This document shows, piece after piece, positions 1 to 12,200 of a stretch of DNA of 64,000 bases; the stretch's first letter is position 1, and every line of letters begins with the position of its first letter. The stretch comes from Antedon mediterranea (lineage: Eukaryota; Animalia; Echinodermata), in the NCBI RefSeq assembly GCF_964355755.1, contig NC_092680.1:15075045-15139044 (forward strand). The letters are read 5' to 3'. Position numbers and translations under genes: made by a program. The notes beneath the pieces were generated by a model. It was not told where the DNA came from. It saw nothing but the letters and a program-made list of their open reading frames with translations, and searched no databases.

Positions 1-194
1 AAATCGTTGAACCTAAATTCGTTTTAATTGTCAATAACTAATTATCTAACCCAATTTAATTAGTAAACAGGGTTACATCAAGTGGTTAAAATCAGTAACC
101 GCGATTCTAACCAACTTTATATACCATCGAGTAAGCATTATAGAAATAACGCGCGATTTACCGAATTTCGCCCTTACGTAAATTTATATATAGA
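1..194 (-). mobile_element. 5' end of a non-autonomous Helitron (runs off the window's left edge)
   Basis: About 190 bp closely similar to 45700-45887. The minus strand begins A|TCTATATATAAATTTACG, a Helitron-type 5' TC following a host A. Confidence 0.75.
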
Positions 195-1264
195 TAGGTC
201 GTACGTATACGGTTACGGAGGTTGCCCAAACTGCCTAATTATAGCATCCTCTTCGCGTGTTATAAAACCCCAATATTAATATTAATATTAATCTCAAACT
301 AAACCAATGTATAAGAAGTAAATAACTTAAATGTATGGCTGACGTAGAAATTTGTCCAATTATAGTCATGCCCCAATTAAATATAGTACTGTTGATGCTT
401 TTATTATTTGTTTGTTATTATTACTTTAATTTTGTTTTATCTGTATTTCATCATCGATGCACTCACCACTCCGTTCCAGTAAAATAACAAGAAAAGAATA
501 TAATTTGCCTAATAAAGATTGCATTTGTTCAAGATGTAAAATGCATGTATTCAAATAAAAGAGTAATACCTAACCCAACTCACTACCCGTCGTTGTTGTA
601 ATCATTCATGATCTCCATCAAGTCAACACATTCTCATCCTAATTATAAGACAATTAAACTTACATTACAATAAAAAAATTAAAGTATCATTCTAAACCAC
701 CGATAACATTGTGTTTTCACTGGTTCGTGTTTTGTTTAACGATGATGATAGGAAATGTACCATCCCTTGGATCTTTACGTAAAGATTTATACTTTAAACC
801 TGATTAAGAAAAGAAAAAGCTAAACCTTTTTTATGCAATTGTAAGAAGGTTAAAGTTAGCAATAGTAATGCTGATAGTGATTGTACAGTCTAGATTGGAA
901 GACTAAGGGAATTAAGGCAATGCATTATGTGTTAACAAGACCTCATGTTTGGATGTGGTCTGTATGTAAAAAAATTACACAATGAGTTGAATGAGCGTAG
1001 ATAAATATGATATACAGTGATTTAATAGAACAAGTATTCATAATGACGGTTAAAACATATTAATAGAATAAAAAGAAACAAGAAAAAAAATATATAAAAA
1101 TAACAAATAACTATATAAACCCAAAAGTAAAATGGAAATTTAAATAAAAACTGATTTGATTGATTAAGATTATACATAAATACATTGTAGCTATTTCCTC
1201 CATGACTGTAGTACTACATCCACCATTCCGGTTTCTACAAATCACTTTAGACCTATTGGAACGT

Positions 1265-2370
1265 TCAAACTATACGACACATATTGAGGATAAGGAAACG
1301 ATATGATAGTGGTTCCCAAGTTGTTGAATTGTGATTAGAAATTATATAAACATTGAACCCGGATGAAGGGTGTATCTTTTCACCAATAGTACCTCTCTGT
1401 ACCGTTACTACAGCAAGATTTGTTTTATTATTATTCAGGACAAAAACAGTAATTAAGACTTTTAGTTTCAGGGTACCGAAAAGACTAAATATCAAAACTA
1501 CAATGAGTGAAAGGATAATTACACATAACTAGAAAAGAGGTGCCGTTTCAATTTAAAAGAAAAACTCTTCTTAGACAAAGCACTTTTTATATTAACTGGT
1601 ACGTTATCCTAGAGTTTAGGACCAGTGAACTTAATGCTATTTTTAAAAGAAGTAGTTTAAAAAAAAAGGAATACGTATTTGATTTGCGCTCCGGGTTTTG
1701 TGGTTATAAAAATTAAGATTGAAACTAAATAAATCATCAAAGTGTGATGGCAGGATCAAGTTTAGCCATGAATAAAGAAAACACTTTGTTGAAGATGGTT
1801 AATATCCTGAATTTTAAAAAGACCAATTGAGAAAAATAAAGGATTGGAATGGGATAAGGGAGGAGAATTTGCAATGTATCTTACGGTTTTCTTTTGGATC
1901 AATAACCGTTTGTTTTGGATATTTGGTTTTCGACTTGAGTAATCTGGTGTTTCCAATTTAGTTTGCTGTCTAGATAAACACCAAGAAATTTAGTTTTCTC
2001 AACAATAGGTATTAATTGATCTTTAATTTTTTAGTTTGAAAGTACTGGTATTTAGTGGTATTTGTGAATTTTTGAACACCATAAAACAGCACTTCTTTAG
2101 ATTAACAGAAAGTTTGTTTGCAGAAAAGTATGTTAAAATTTTCGGTTGATATTTTAAAAAGGGAATCTATAAATTAGTGTTGTGTCATCAGCATACAACA
2201 GAAACGAATACATATTTGAGGCATTATGGATATCATTTATGTACAATAAAAATAATAGAGGCCCAAGCAGGAAACCTTGAGGGACTCCACAAATAATAGG
2301 AAGAAAATCAGAAAGGGTTTGTTTAAATTTAGTGCATTGCTTGTGGTTTGAATAAATTATATACAGGTCC
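1265..2370 (-). pseudogene. Decayed non-LTR retrotransposon (CR1/L2-group) reverse-transcriptase fragment
   Basis: ORF 2154..2459 has CGVPQGFLLGPLLFLLYINDI...LYADDTTL (RT motifs including YADD). Downstream pieces are frameshifted and contain stops. Boundaries approximate. Confidence 0.8.
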
Positions 2371-2705
2371 ATGGATTCCAAAATTATGTAACTTATATAA
2401 TAAAATATCGTGATCAATTGTATCAAAGGCCTTCGAATCACTATTAAGTCATACCCCAAAAATATATTAATCTAATATTAATATTTATAACATTTATAAA
2501 TGTAATATGGGTTAGGCCTGTCTAAAGTAGGCCTGCAACACCCCCCCCCCCTCCCGCCTCCAAACTGTTAGGATCTGAAATTCATTGATAGAAGATGAAA
2601 ATGCGCAATGTTACATTAATGTACATACGAAATATTTCAAATGCAACGCAATTTCCTACAATGCAGTGTTTCTCCATATAACATTTCATACCAGTATTAA
2701 CCAGG

Positions 2706-2825
2706 AACAAGGCCATATACATGGCTGCAGTAGCGTGATCAAGTTAGTGTTTACCGACCAACCGACCGACCGACTGACCGACTGACATAGTGACCTGTAG
2801 AGTCGCGTTGCACCCGACTAAAAAC
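2706..2825 (-). mobile_element. Short Helentron/HINE (DINE-1-like) fragment with (ACCG)n microsatellite
   Basis: (ACCG/ACTG)n run at about 2753-2786, followed by terminal hairpin AGTCGCGTTGCACCCGACT and AAAAA. This layout is typical of HINE-type elements. Confidence 0.5.
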
Positions 2826-3039
2826 TACCGCTATAATAAGAACTCCTGATCGAACGGAACCATTGATAAAGGATAAAGAAAAAGATAAGAGACACCGGGA
2901 TGTAGGTCTAATACTGGTGTCACTTATGAAACAGAAATCTGTCTGAAAAAAAAAGTAAAATTGTTTTCAGAACAATAGAAATAAGTTTGCCTGTAATCCA
3001 ACATAGGAAATGATCAAAGTTTCAACGCGGTATTATAAC

Positions 3040-3135
3040 CCGAAGGTCACTGTGTATTGTCGTTATTATTGGATGTTGAGGCACTTCCAGGGAGGACTGA
3101 AATAATATTATACTACCGGGTTTGAAGTATAAAGG
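3040..3135 (+). promoter_or_regulatory. Putative proximal promoter of MAM gene 1
   Basis: AAGGTCAC at 3043, reverse CCAAT (ATTGG) at 3068 and TATAAA at 3128, about 80 bp upstream of ATG 3211. The same motif order recurs upstream of gene 2. Confidence 0.4.
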
Positions 3136-3210
3136 GGATATAACAAACAAAAACCACACAATACTTAATTTATTTTGAAGTATTAGACATAAGAGATAAA
3201 GAAAGTCAAG

Positions 3211-6200
3211 ATGAACACAGTGTTTCTTCTTCTGTTGATACTTTCTGCTTTAGTGTGTAATTTGTCAATTGTAAATTGTTTTAAAGACATAGATTGCAGT
3301 TTTGAAGAGGACATGTGCACCATAAAAAAAGACAAGACGGCGTCTGCTCGTTGGATAAGATGGTCAGGGGATTCTGCAGGGTCTGTAGATCATACTTACG
3401 GTAATAGTTCAGGTACGTAATCACATTATAATTATCAATTTGTGAACATTACTAAAGCTTGGTTCCCACTAGAACGTAACGCAAGGACGTAAACGCAACG
3501 CAAGCGTTTTAACCAATGACAAACGAAGTTATAGACAGTTAGCAATCACAAGCGAGTAAGCCATCGCTTGTGATTGGTCAATTCATTTGCGTTGCGTTAC
3601 GTCCTTGCGTTGCGTCGCTAGTGGGAACCACGCTTTACTTGCAGTCCTACCGTTTAATTTTCTCCTCTTTATTTTTTTATTCTGTAACAGATAATAATAA
3701 TAATAGTAGCGCCTAATAAGTTGCTTAAGACTAACAAAAATATCAATTGATGTTGCCTTTTTGATAGCTCATTCCAAAGATGAGCAGATGAAAAAGATAA
3801 ATTACTACAAAATATAATTAAGAATGAAATATATATACTTAATCTTTTTGTAAAAATAGTATTCACTTACATCAAAAAGATTAATAGTATGGCATGATAC
3901 TTGTTGTTCACAGGATTCTTTATGTCTGTGTATAATTACGGAACTGCAAGGCTTCTAACTAAAGAATATACATCAGTATTCGAGGGTGGCCCAAAGTGCT
4001 TAACTTTCTGGTACAAAATGTATAAGCAAAAGACATATGCTGCGGATGGAACAATTCGTGTATATCAAACATACAACGAGACCCACTTTGGTGAACCAAT
4101 CTGGAAGGTCACTGGTGATTTGGGAAATGTCTGGCGACCAATTGAATTGGATTTAACGAGTGATACAGATTTTAAGGTAAACATTTTTTGAAAAAAAAAA
4201 ATTATTCAGAAAGCTTGTTTATTAAATCGATAGATAATTACATTTATGACCATGTCATTCATAGATACAAAAATAAAACTTAAATGTACTGTTTTTGTCA
4301 ATTGTACGCACAAAATAATTTCAACACCACATATCGTGACCTAACAATATACTCCAATGAATGCGAATTGTACTATTTATTTTATTACTTTTAGATTGTT
4401 ATTGAAGCTGATCGACGTCACTCAACATCAATGTCAATTGATGACGTTGTAATAACAGATGAAAAGTGTTCCGGAACATGTAAGCAATAAATATACTGTA
4501 TGATATACCAGTTAGAATTTTTACTGCCTAAATACTTTGATTTATTTATTATCTACTGAAAATATTTATAGATATATAATAGAATCTTTAATAATTTCGT
4601 TTTAAAATACATCAAACATAATTGCAATAACCAACAAATATATATTTCGAGCACAACACACATGAGTGTCGAATGTGTATACATGTGACATGTAATTTTA
4701 TTGCAAACAATGCTTAAGGAAACGTGTATATAAGATCACTGTTGAATATAATCATATTTCAGATTCCCTCAATCCTGACATATCATGCAACTTTGAAGAC
4801 AACCTTTGTGGTTATCAAACTGACCCTACTGTTGATGTCGATTGGATACGACAACAGGCAGACGATGGGATGTCAGGAGATGGACCAGATGAAGACCATA
4901 CATTTGGGTTTGACTATGGTAAATCACTTTTGGTAGAAAAATAGCTTTACAAAAGACTTTTATAAGAAAATAATCAAACTCTCCTGCATTCAACAACAAA
5001 TCTAATTCGGCATTTCTCAGAATCTCAGATATTATCTTTTGGAATAACCTGTTACATAATGTAATGACATTTTGGTAATTTCTGTTTGAGTACTGGTGCC
5101 ACATACAGCACCAGTGCATAGATAAAATACTCTAGAGGCTGAAGTAATCATAAATAGTTTAAAATGTCTATTTCTTTATCTTTTTTTAAATATTAATTAG
5201 GGCATTATTTGTGTGTAAACCCAAATACAACTCCACGATTATCAGGCCACAGAGCTAGAATCATATCACCAATTCAGAATACAACTGCAGATGACTACTG
5301 TGTCTTATTCTGGTACTACGTATCTGGTTCAAATGTTGGTAAATTAAAAGTGTTCGCAGAACAAAATAACAAGAAAGCGTTAATGTGGAATGTCCGGGGT
5401 GATCAGCGATCATCGTGGCATAGAGGTAGTTTTCAACTAACCAATACAGATGATCCTTTTCGACTGATCTTTGAAGCAATTCGTGGAAGCAATCCAAGTC
5501 AAGGTGCCTTCTGCTTTGATGACGTTGATGTTCTTAGTGGAATTTGTCCAATACGTAAGTTTATTTTATCTTGCGCTGTTAAAATACTGTATCTTTATAA
5601 CGTGTTCATGAACAAGTTCACCGTAATTCAATCGATTTTGAAACTGTGTGTATTCTAATGCAATACAATATGATTTTTCACTTAAAGATTACACGACACC
5701 CACTCCAACAGAGCCACTGCCAACCGAACGAACTTGGCAAGTGAAAAACATAGACGATGCTGGTTGTACATTTGAGAACGATACGTGTGGATATGGTTCC
5801 TATGATGGGATGGAGTCGTCGTGGCAAATTATGTCAGCGTATGACCGTACTGTTGGACCTGAAGGTAAGATAGCATAAAAATCATACAATTTTGTCAGTG
5901 TCACAACGAACAGGCATAAATGAATGTTTACAAATGTTGATATATAGTCTAAATGTATAGTTTTAACGTATAACATGTGCCTGCCCGTGGTGTGAATGGC
6001 GACTTTTTTCAATGATATTTTCCCTCAAATTACATAAATGTAAGTTCGAAGTCTAATGCTGGTGGCACTAATGATGGCTTCGCTTCTGCTTTTATTGACG
6101 GTGATTTTTTTTCTGTTTCTAATGACGGTGTCACTAATGGTGACTTTGCTTCTGCTTCCACTAAATGATGACACTGCAGATGGTAATTTTGCTTCTGCTT

Positions 6201-9200
6201 CTAATGATGGTGGCACTAATGATGGCTTCGCTTCTGTTTTTATTGACGGTGATTTTTTTCTGTTTCTAATGACGGTGTCACTAATGGTGACTTTGCTTCT
6301 GCTTTCACTAAAATGACACTGATGGTGATGTTGCTTCTGCTTCTAATGATGGTGGCACTAATGGCGACTTTCGACTTTGTTTCTGCTTCCACTAAATAAT
6401 GGCATTGATGTTGATTTTGATGCTGTTTCTACTGATAGTGGCACTGATGGTGATTTTGATGTTGTTTCTACTGATAGTGGCACAAATGGTGATTTTGATG
6501 CTGTTTCTACTGATAGTGGCACAGATGGTGATTTTGCTGCTACTTCTACTAATGGTGATTCTGATGCTGGTTCTATTGATGCTGATTATACTGATGTTGA
6601 TGGTGATCACATTTATTATGGTTTTGCAGCGGTGATAGTATTCTTTTTTTGTGACACTGAATTGTTTATGTTACTTTTACTTTGTTGATGGAGATTTTAT
6701 AGCTTAACATTACGATGATATTAGAGAGCTTTTGATTTGCGACAGTTAGTCGTTGTGTCTTCACACATAATGCCTAGACCTGGACTCATCTGTATCGAGG
6801 TGAGGAGCGAAGACACACGTTCCAATATCTCCGCATGCGCAAAAATTAAAAAATTAGTTAATTAATTAACATGACGTAGTTTGATCGTTGGTCGTTGCAA
6901 CTGGAATGCTTCCTAATGTTCATCTGGGGTACATATACGTTAATATAGATGGTGACAGAAATAAATTCGTATTATAATGATAATTATTATTTAATTTTAG
7001 GACATTATTTGGGATTAAACAAGATCAACTATAATGGTGTTCGTTTTCGTACTCCATACATACACAGCACAAGCGTTTCCAACTGCTTGATGTTCTATTA
7101 CATGTGTACTGACTATTATTGGTGTAAAGGTAGACCCCTAAGTATCTATATTATGGATCAGGCCGCTGGTGACAAGCAGTTGTTAATTGACCCAATTTGG
7201 ATAACCAATGAATACAAAACAGACCACTGGAAAAAGATACAAATTGATTTACCGCCAACAAATGACAATTTTACCGTGAGTATGATGAATAATAGTCAAA
7301 AGTATAGACAAAAAATATTAACGGGCTTGTCTTTCTCGGGACTGTATCTACAATATCTTCAGTATTTCGGACACATTTTGTGATACATAAAATGTGACGC
7401 CGTATTTTTAACCTAAAATTAATTCCATGAATTGTCTACGATACCGGAAAAATAATGTCTTTTGTATAACTAAACAAATGTATGTGTTCCAAGTTCAGCT
7501 TTACTACCCATTGGAAACATTATTGTACATTTAAACAGCTTCATTTATAGATAATACTATATTATTATGTATTTACAAATAGGTGGTTTTTGAATCCATG
7601 TATGGACGTCCCTATATTAGGATGTTTGGTATTGATGACGTAGTTTTCTATGACCAGAAGTGTTCAGCAGGTATTTATGTTTACAAAATAGTAGTAGGCC
7701 TATAAAACATACACATTTATAATGATTTACTTTATGTAGTTTTAAGGATTGTGCGTACATCTTTACTAATATATCTTTACTATATAGTATTTGTATTGTT
7801 TATATAAATTTAGTTAAACCTGAACCATTTAAATCAACCATTGACTGTGATTTCGAAGGAGGTGAAATGTGTGGTTACATTCAACGAGGTAACAGGTGGA
7901 GAAGATTCCAAGGCCCGACACCTTCACTTGGTACAGGGCCAGATAACGATCATACTTTTAACAAAGCAGAAGGTGAGACTTCTTAGTCTAGGTCAAAAGT
8001 AGCATTAGTTTGCTACTCCAACATACAGTTACTGTTAACTGCCATGAATTCTTCTATAATTAGTATTACTCCAATTATCCTATACAATCTTTAGTCGTGA
8101 AAAGTCTTGAAACAATTTATAAGATTATTTCTTTACTATGAACAACATTCTGAGTGTACACTTATTGATTTATTCTTTTTATAATTAAAATAATACAACT
8201 TTATCAATGGTTCCTCTATTACTTATTATAATAAATAACATTTTTTTAGTACAATTACCCAGTAACCGTTAATTTCTTAAAATATTCATTAGGCCAAGGT
8301 AGCCTAGTAGGCCTGTTACAACCGTTAATGTAGAAAACGCCAGCTAATGTCGAAACAACCGTTAATGTAGAACAATCCACCGCTTATGTAGTAAAACCTC
8401 CAGCTTATGTAGAAACACCAACAGCTAATGTAGAAAATGTTATATATATTTTACAAAAATGTCTCATTTATATGCCAGTGCATCGATCTTTACTTAGCTA
8501 TCAGTTTTTCCACCTCTCGTAAGCAACCAACTTTCTAAAACGACCACACATCGTAAGCAACCATCTCTGTTAAGGGACCGCTTCTCATAATCGACCACCT
8601 CTCGTAAGGGATTACCTCCTCTCATAAGGGACCACTTCTCATAACCGACCACCTCTCGTAAGCGACCACCTCTCTTAAGGACCACACCTTTCGTAAATGA
8701 CCACCTCTTTTAAGGGACCATGACCTCTTTCTCTCTATTAAAGGACCGCTTCTCATAATCGTCAGTGACGACTCTTTTAAAGGACCACCTCTCTTAACGA
8801 CCCCACCTCTTGTAAGTGACCTCTTATAAAGGACCACCACCTCTATTAAGGGACTGCTTCTCATAATCGACCATCTTCCATCACAATGACCTCTCGAAAG
8901 TGACCACCTCTATTGCGACGACCAGTGTCTCTGTTAAGGGACCGCTTCTTATCATTGACCACTTCCGAGAGGTGGTCGATTATGATAAATGGTCCCTTAA
9001 AAGAGACGGTGGTCGTTCAATAGAGGTGATCACTTACGAGAGGTGGTCTATTATAAGCAGTGGTCCCTTAATAATAGAAACGGTGGACGTTCAACAGAGG
9101 TGGTCACTTACCAGAGGTCGTTGTGACGGGAGATAGTCGATTATGAGAAGCGGTCCTTTAATAGAGAGAAAGAGATCGTGGTCCCTTAAAAGAGGTGGTC

Positions 9201-12200
9201 ATTTACGAGAGGTGTGGTCGTTAAAAGAGGTGGTCGCTTACGAGAGGTGGAAAGACTGATAGCTAAGTAAAGATCGATGCTTGCACATGAATTATAGACA
9301 TTTTTGTAAAATATATAACATTTTCTACATTAGCTGGCGATAGTAACTACATAAGCTGGGAGGCAATTTTCGTTACTACATAAGCTGTTGACTGTTTCTA
9401 CATTAGCTGGTGTTGATTTTTATTTACTACATAAGCTGTTGGTGTTTCTACATAAGCTGGAGGTTTTACTACATTGGATTGTTCTACATTAACGGTTGTT
9501 TCGACATTAGCTGGCGTTTTCTACATTAGCGGTTGTAACACCTACTTGCCGTAGTACTAGTAGGCTAATTTGGAACCGGTATTGTGTGAAGATATAGATG
9601 GCGCCTTAGACATGTTCAAAGCGTACGATATTGCACTCCAATTAATTATAAATCATACATTATTTGTACTTGTTGAAGGACATTATATATACGTTGAAGC
9701 ATCGCTTGGAAGAAGAGCAGGCGGAGTCACCTCTATCAGCACACCGTATATTAGACATATAAATGGTCCAATGTGCCTTAAGTTTTGGTATCACATGTAC
9801 GGCGAGGACATAGGTAGTTTGACGGTTCGAGGTAAATATCGCTTATCAGACATGCATCTATGGTATAAAACTAGTACACCCACCTCAGAATGGTCGCTTG
9901 GCACTATTGATCTCAACAATAATGCAGTGTTCGATGAACTGATCAAGGTAAATACTCTATTTTGATAGTATTGCCTTATTTATAAAACGCTTAAAAGTGT
10001 TTATTTAGAAATTATTTCGACTGAAAAATCATTCATGGGATATATACTGTACGACGTGTAATAACACTGTCCTAATTTCTTTCTTTTTTCTTTCTCAGTT
10101 AATTAGATTAAATGCAAAATATTATCAGCTAATATGAATAGTATTATTTGTTTACAGTTTACATTTCAAGCGTCGTCAGCTCGTGGGGCCGGATATAAAG
10201 GAGACATTGCTCTTGATGATATTAAACTTCTTCCTAATGCATGTAATTCACCTGAACCTGCGATTACACATTCGTATTGCACATTTAAAGAGCATCCTTC
10301 TAATAAATGTAACTACAGAGATTATGTACCAAATTATATGTGGCATCCTTGGAAATATCAAGATAAAACCTCGGGGACAGCCAGTGAGACATCAATAAAG
10401 ATTTCGAAAGGTAGGATTTAAGGTTCAACTTTAGATACTATGTATGTGTGGCAAACTAAAAAAAATAAAATGAAATTAAGTGTGAGGAAAGGGAAAGAAA
10501 AGGAAAAAAAAAAAAGAAAAGAAATGGAATAATTGAAAAATCCATATATTTAAAAAAATTATATTTTTGGATTCGAGTAATGCGATTTAGACCTAGTAGA
10601 AATAATGATGATACTCACAGTAATTAGGCCTTGCTCTAAATCACTTTTAGGTATTTTAAGACATTAAAAAAAAAATACTGACAGCCTCCAACAATTTGCT
10701 TTCTTAGCTTTCTTTCATTTGTATTTACAGAATATAAATAAACATATTTTTCTTCATAGGTGTCAATTCATTTTTATATGCTGACATTCATGAGGAAAAC
10801 AAAAATGTAGCGATTATAACTCCTGAATTTAAATACGCCAAACGATATTGTCTACAAATGTTATACATAATCAAAGAGGATTTTGGTTTGAACATCAATT
10901 TTGTACATCATACAACGTCTAAAACGTTGATATCTTCCCTGACCAGGCAAATGGCGCCATTGTGGGCAAAATACACTCTAGAGTTGGAGACAACAACGCC
11001 AGATGAACAGTTCTCAGTGAGTATACTGGAAATAGGTTATGCCTATTATCAGTATAAAATTATTGTGTATTTTTCATTAACCCGTGTTTGTAAGAAATGG
11101 TTATTACATACATAGTGTTGGTTGTTGATCATTACTCGCCGACAGATTGCTCGGCTGTTAGTTACTGACGTGTAACAATCTAGAATACTCCGAATGACTA
11201 GTGGCTAATAACATGAAAACTTAATTTTTTAAAAGGGGTCAGTAGATAGCATAAATCCTTAGACGAAACACTCTTATAGTTATTAGAAGCATAATTTCCC
11301 TTAATGTGTCGTGTTCACATACAACTCATAATGTATTCTGCAACATTGGTTTCTTCAAATCTGTATTTTGGTGATCAACATAGCATTTAAATTTTATAGA
11401 TTATGTTTGAAGCCAAAATAGGTCATGCGATCAACGGATTTGTGGCAATAGACGACGTCATGATCAGTAAAGGACACTGTCCAAGTAAGTTCTTCACAGC
11501 TCTACAGCAATAATATCATACTACAACACAACCGATACACTGAAATGTTATTATTAGTTTGTTTACGTAATCTTATTGATTATCCAAGAACAATTATATA
11601 TAATTTTGATCTTGTTAAATGTCTTCTTTCAGTACCTGAAGTTATGGATAAAATAGACTGCAGTTTTGAGAAGGATTGCGCCTTTTCTACCAATACATCA
11701 TTGCTTAACGGTTGGCAACTATCAGACAAAGAAACTCATACACATAAGAGGCTACCAAATATTGACAATACGTATGGGACGCCATCAGGTAAGTAACCAT
11801 ATTTTCCCATAAAAGAGCAATGATGAAATTTATACATACATGCAAAAAAACCTATGTGTTGTAGAACTGCTATAGTTCATTTACATAACTGTGATTCTGT
11901 TTTAATCAGTTCCTATAAATATTTATTTTCAGGTCATTACTATTTCATTTCGTTTCGACATACCCAACCGCCAACCGAACGAAATTTTCTTCGTACACCA
12001 GTAGTAGAGATGACTGCTAATAAACGCTGCTTCCAGTTTTATTATTATCTGAATTCAAATGCAATATCGAGTCTCAACGTTTACGTCGATGATGAGTCAA
12101 TTAAGCGCTTCCCTGTTGATCCAATCTGGTCTTCAATAGGCAAGAAAGGTAACCAGTGGAACCTCGTTCAAATGGACATCGAACAAACTAAAGGAAACTA

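Noticed and set aside
6025-6688. Five overlapping ORFs with hydrophobic or acidic low-complexity translations
   Set aside because: By-products of a triplet-periodic minisatellite in intron 6. Gene 1 splices in phase without them.
8494-9136. ORFs with repeated LREVV.YERWSL peptides
   Set aside because: Translations of the GACCACCTCT sub-repeats of a foldback element, present on both arms.
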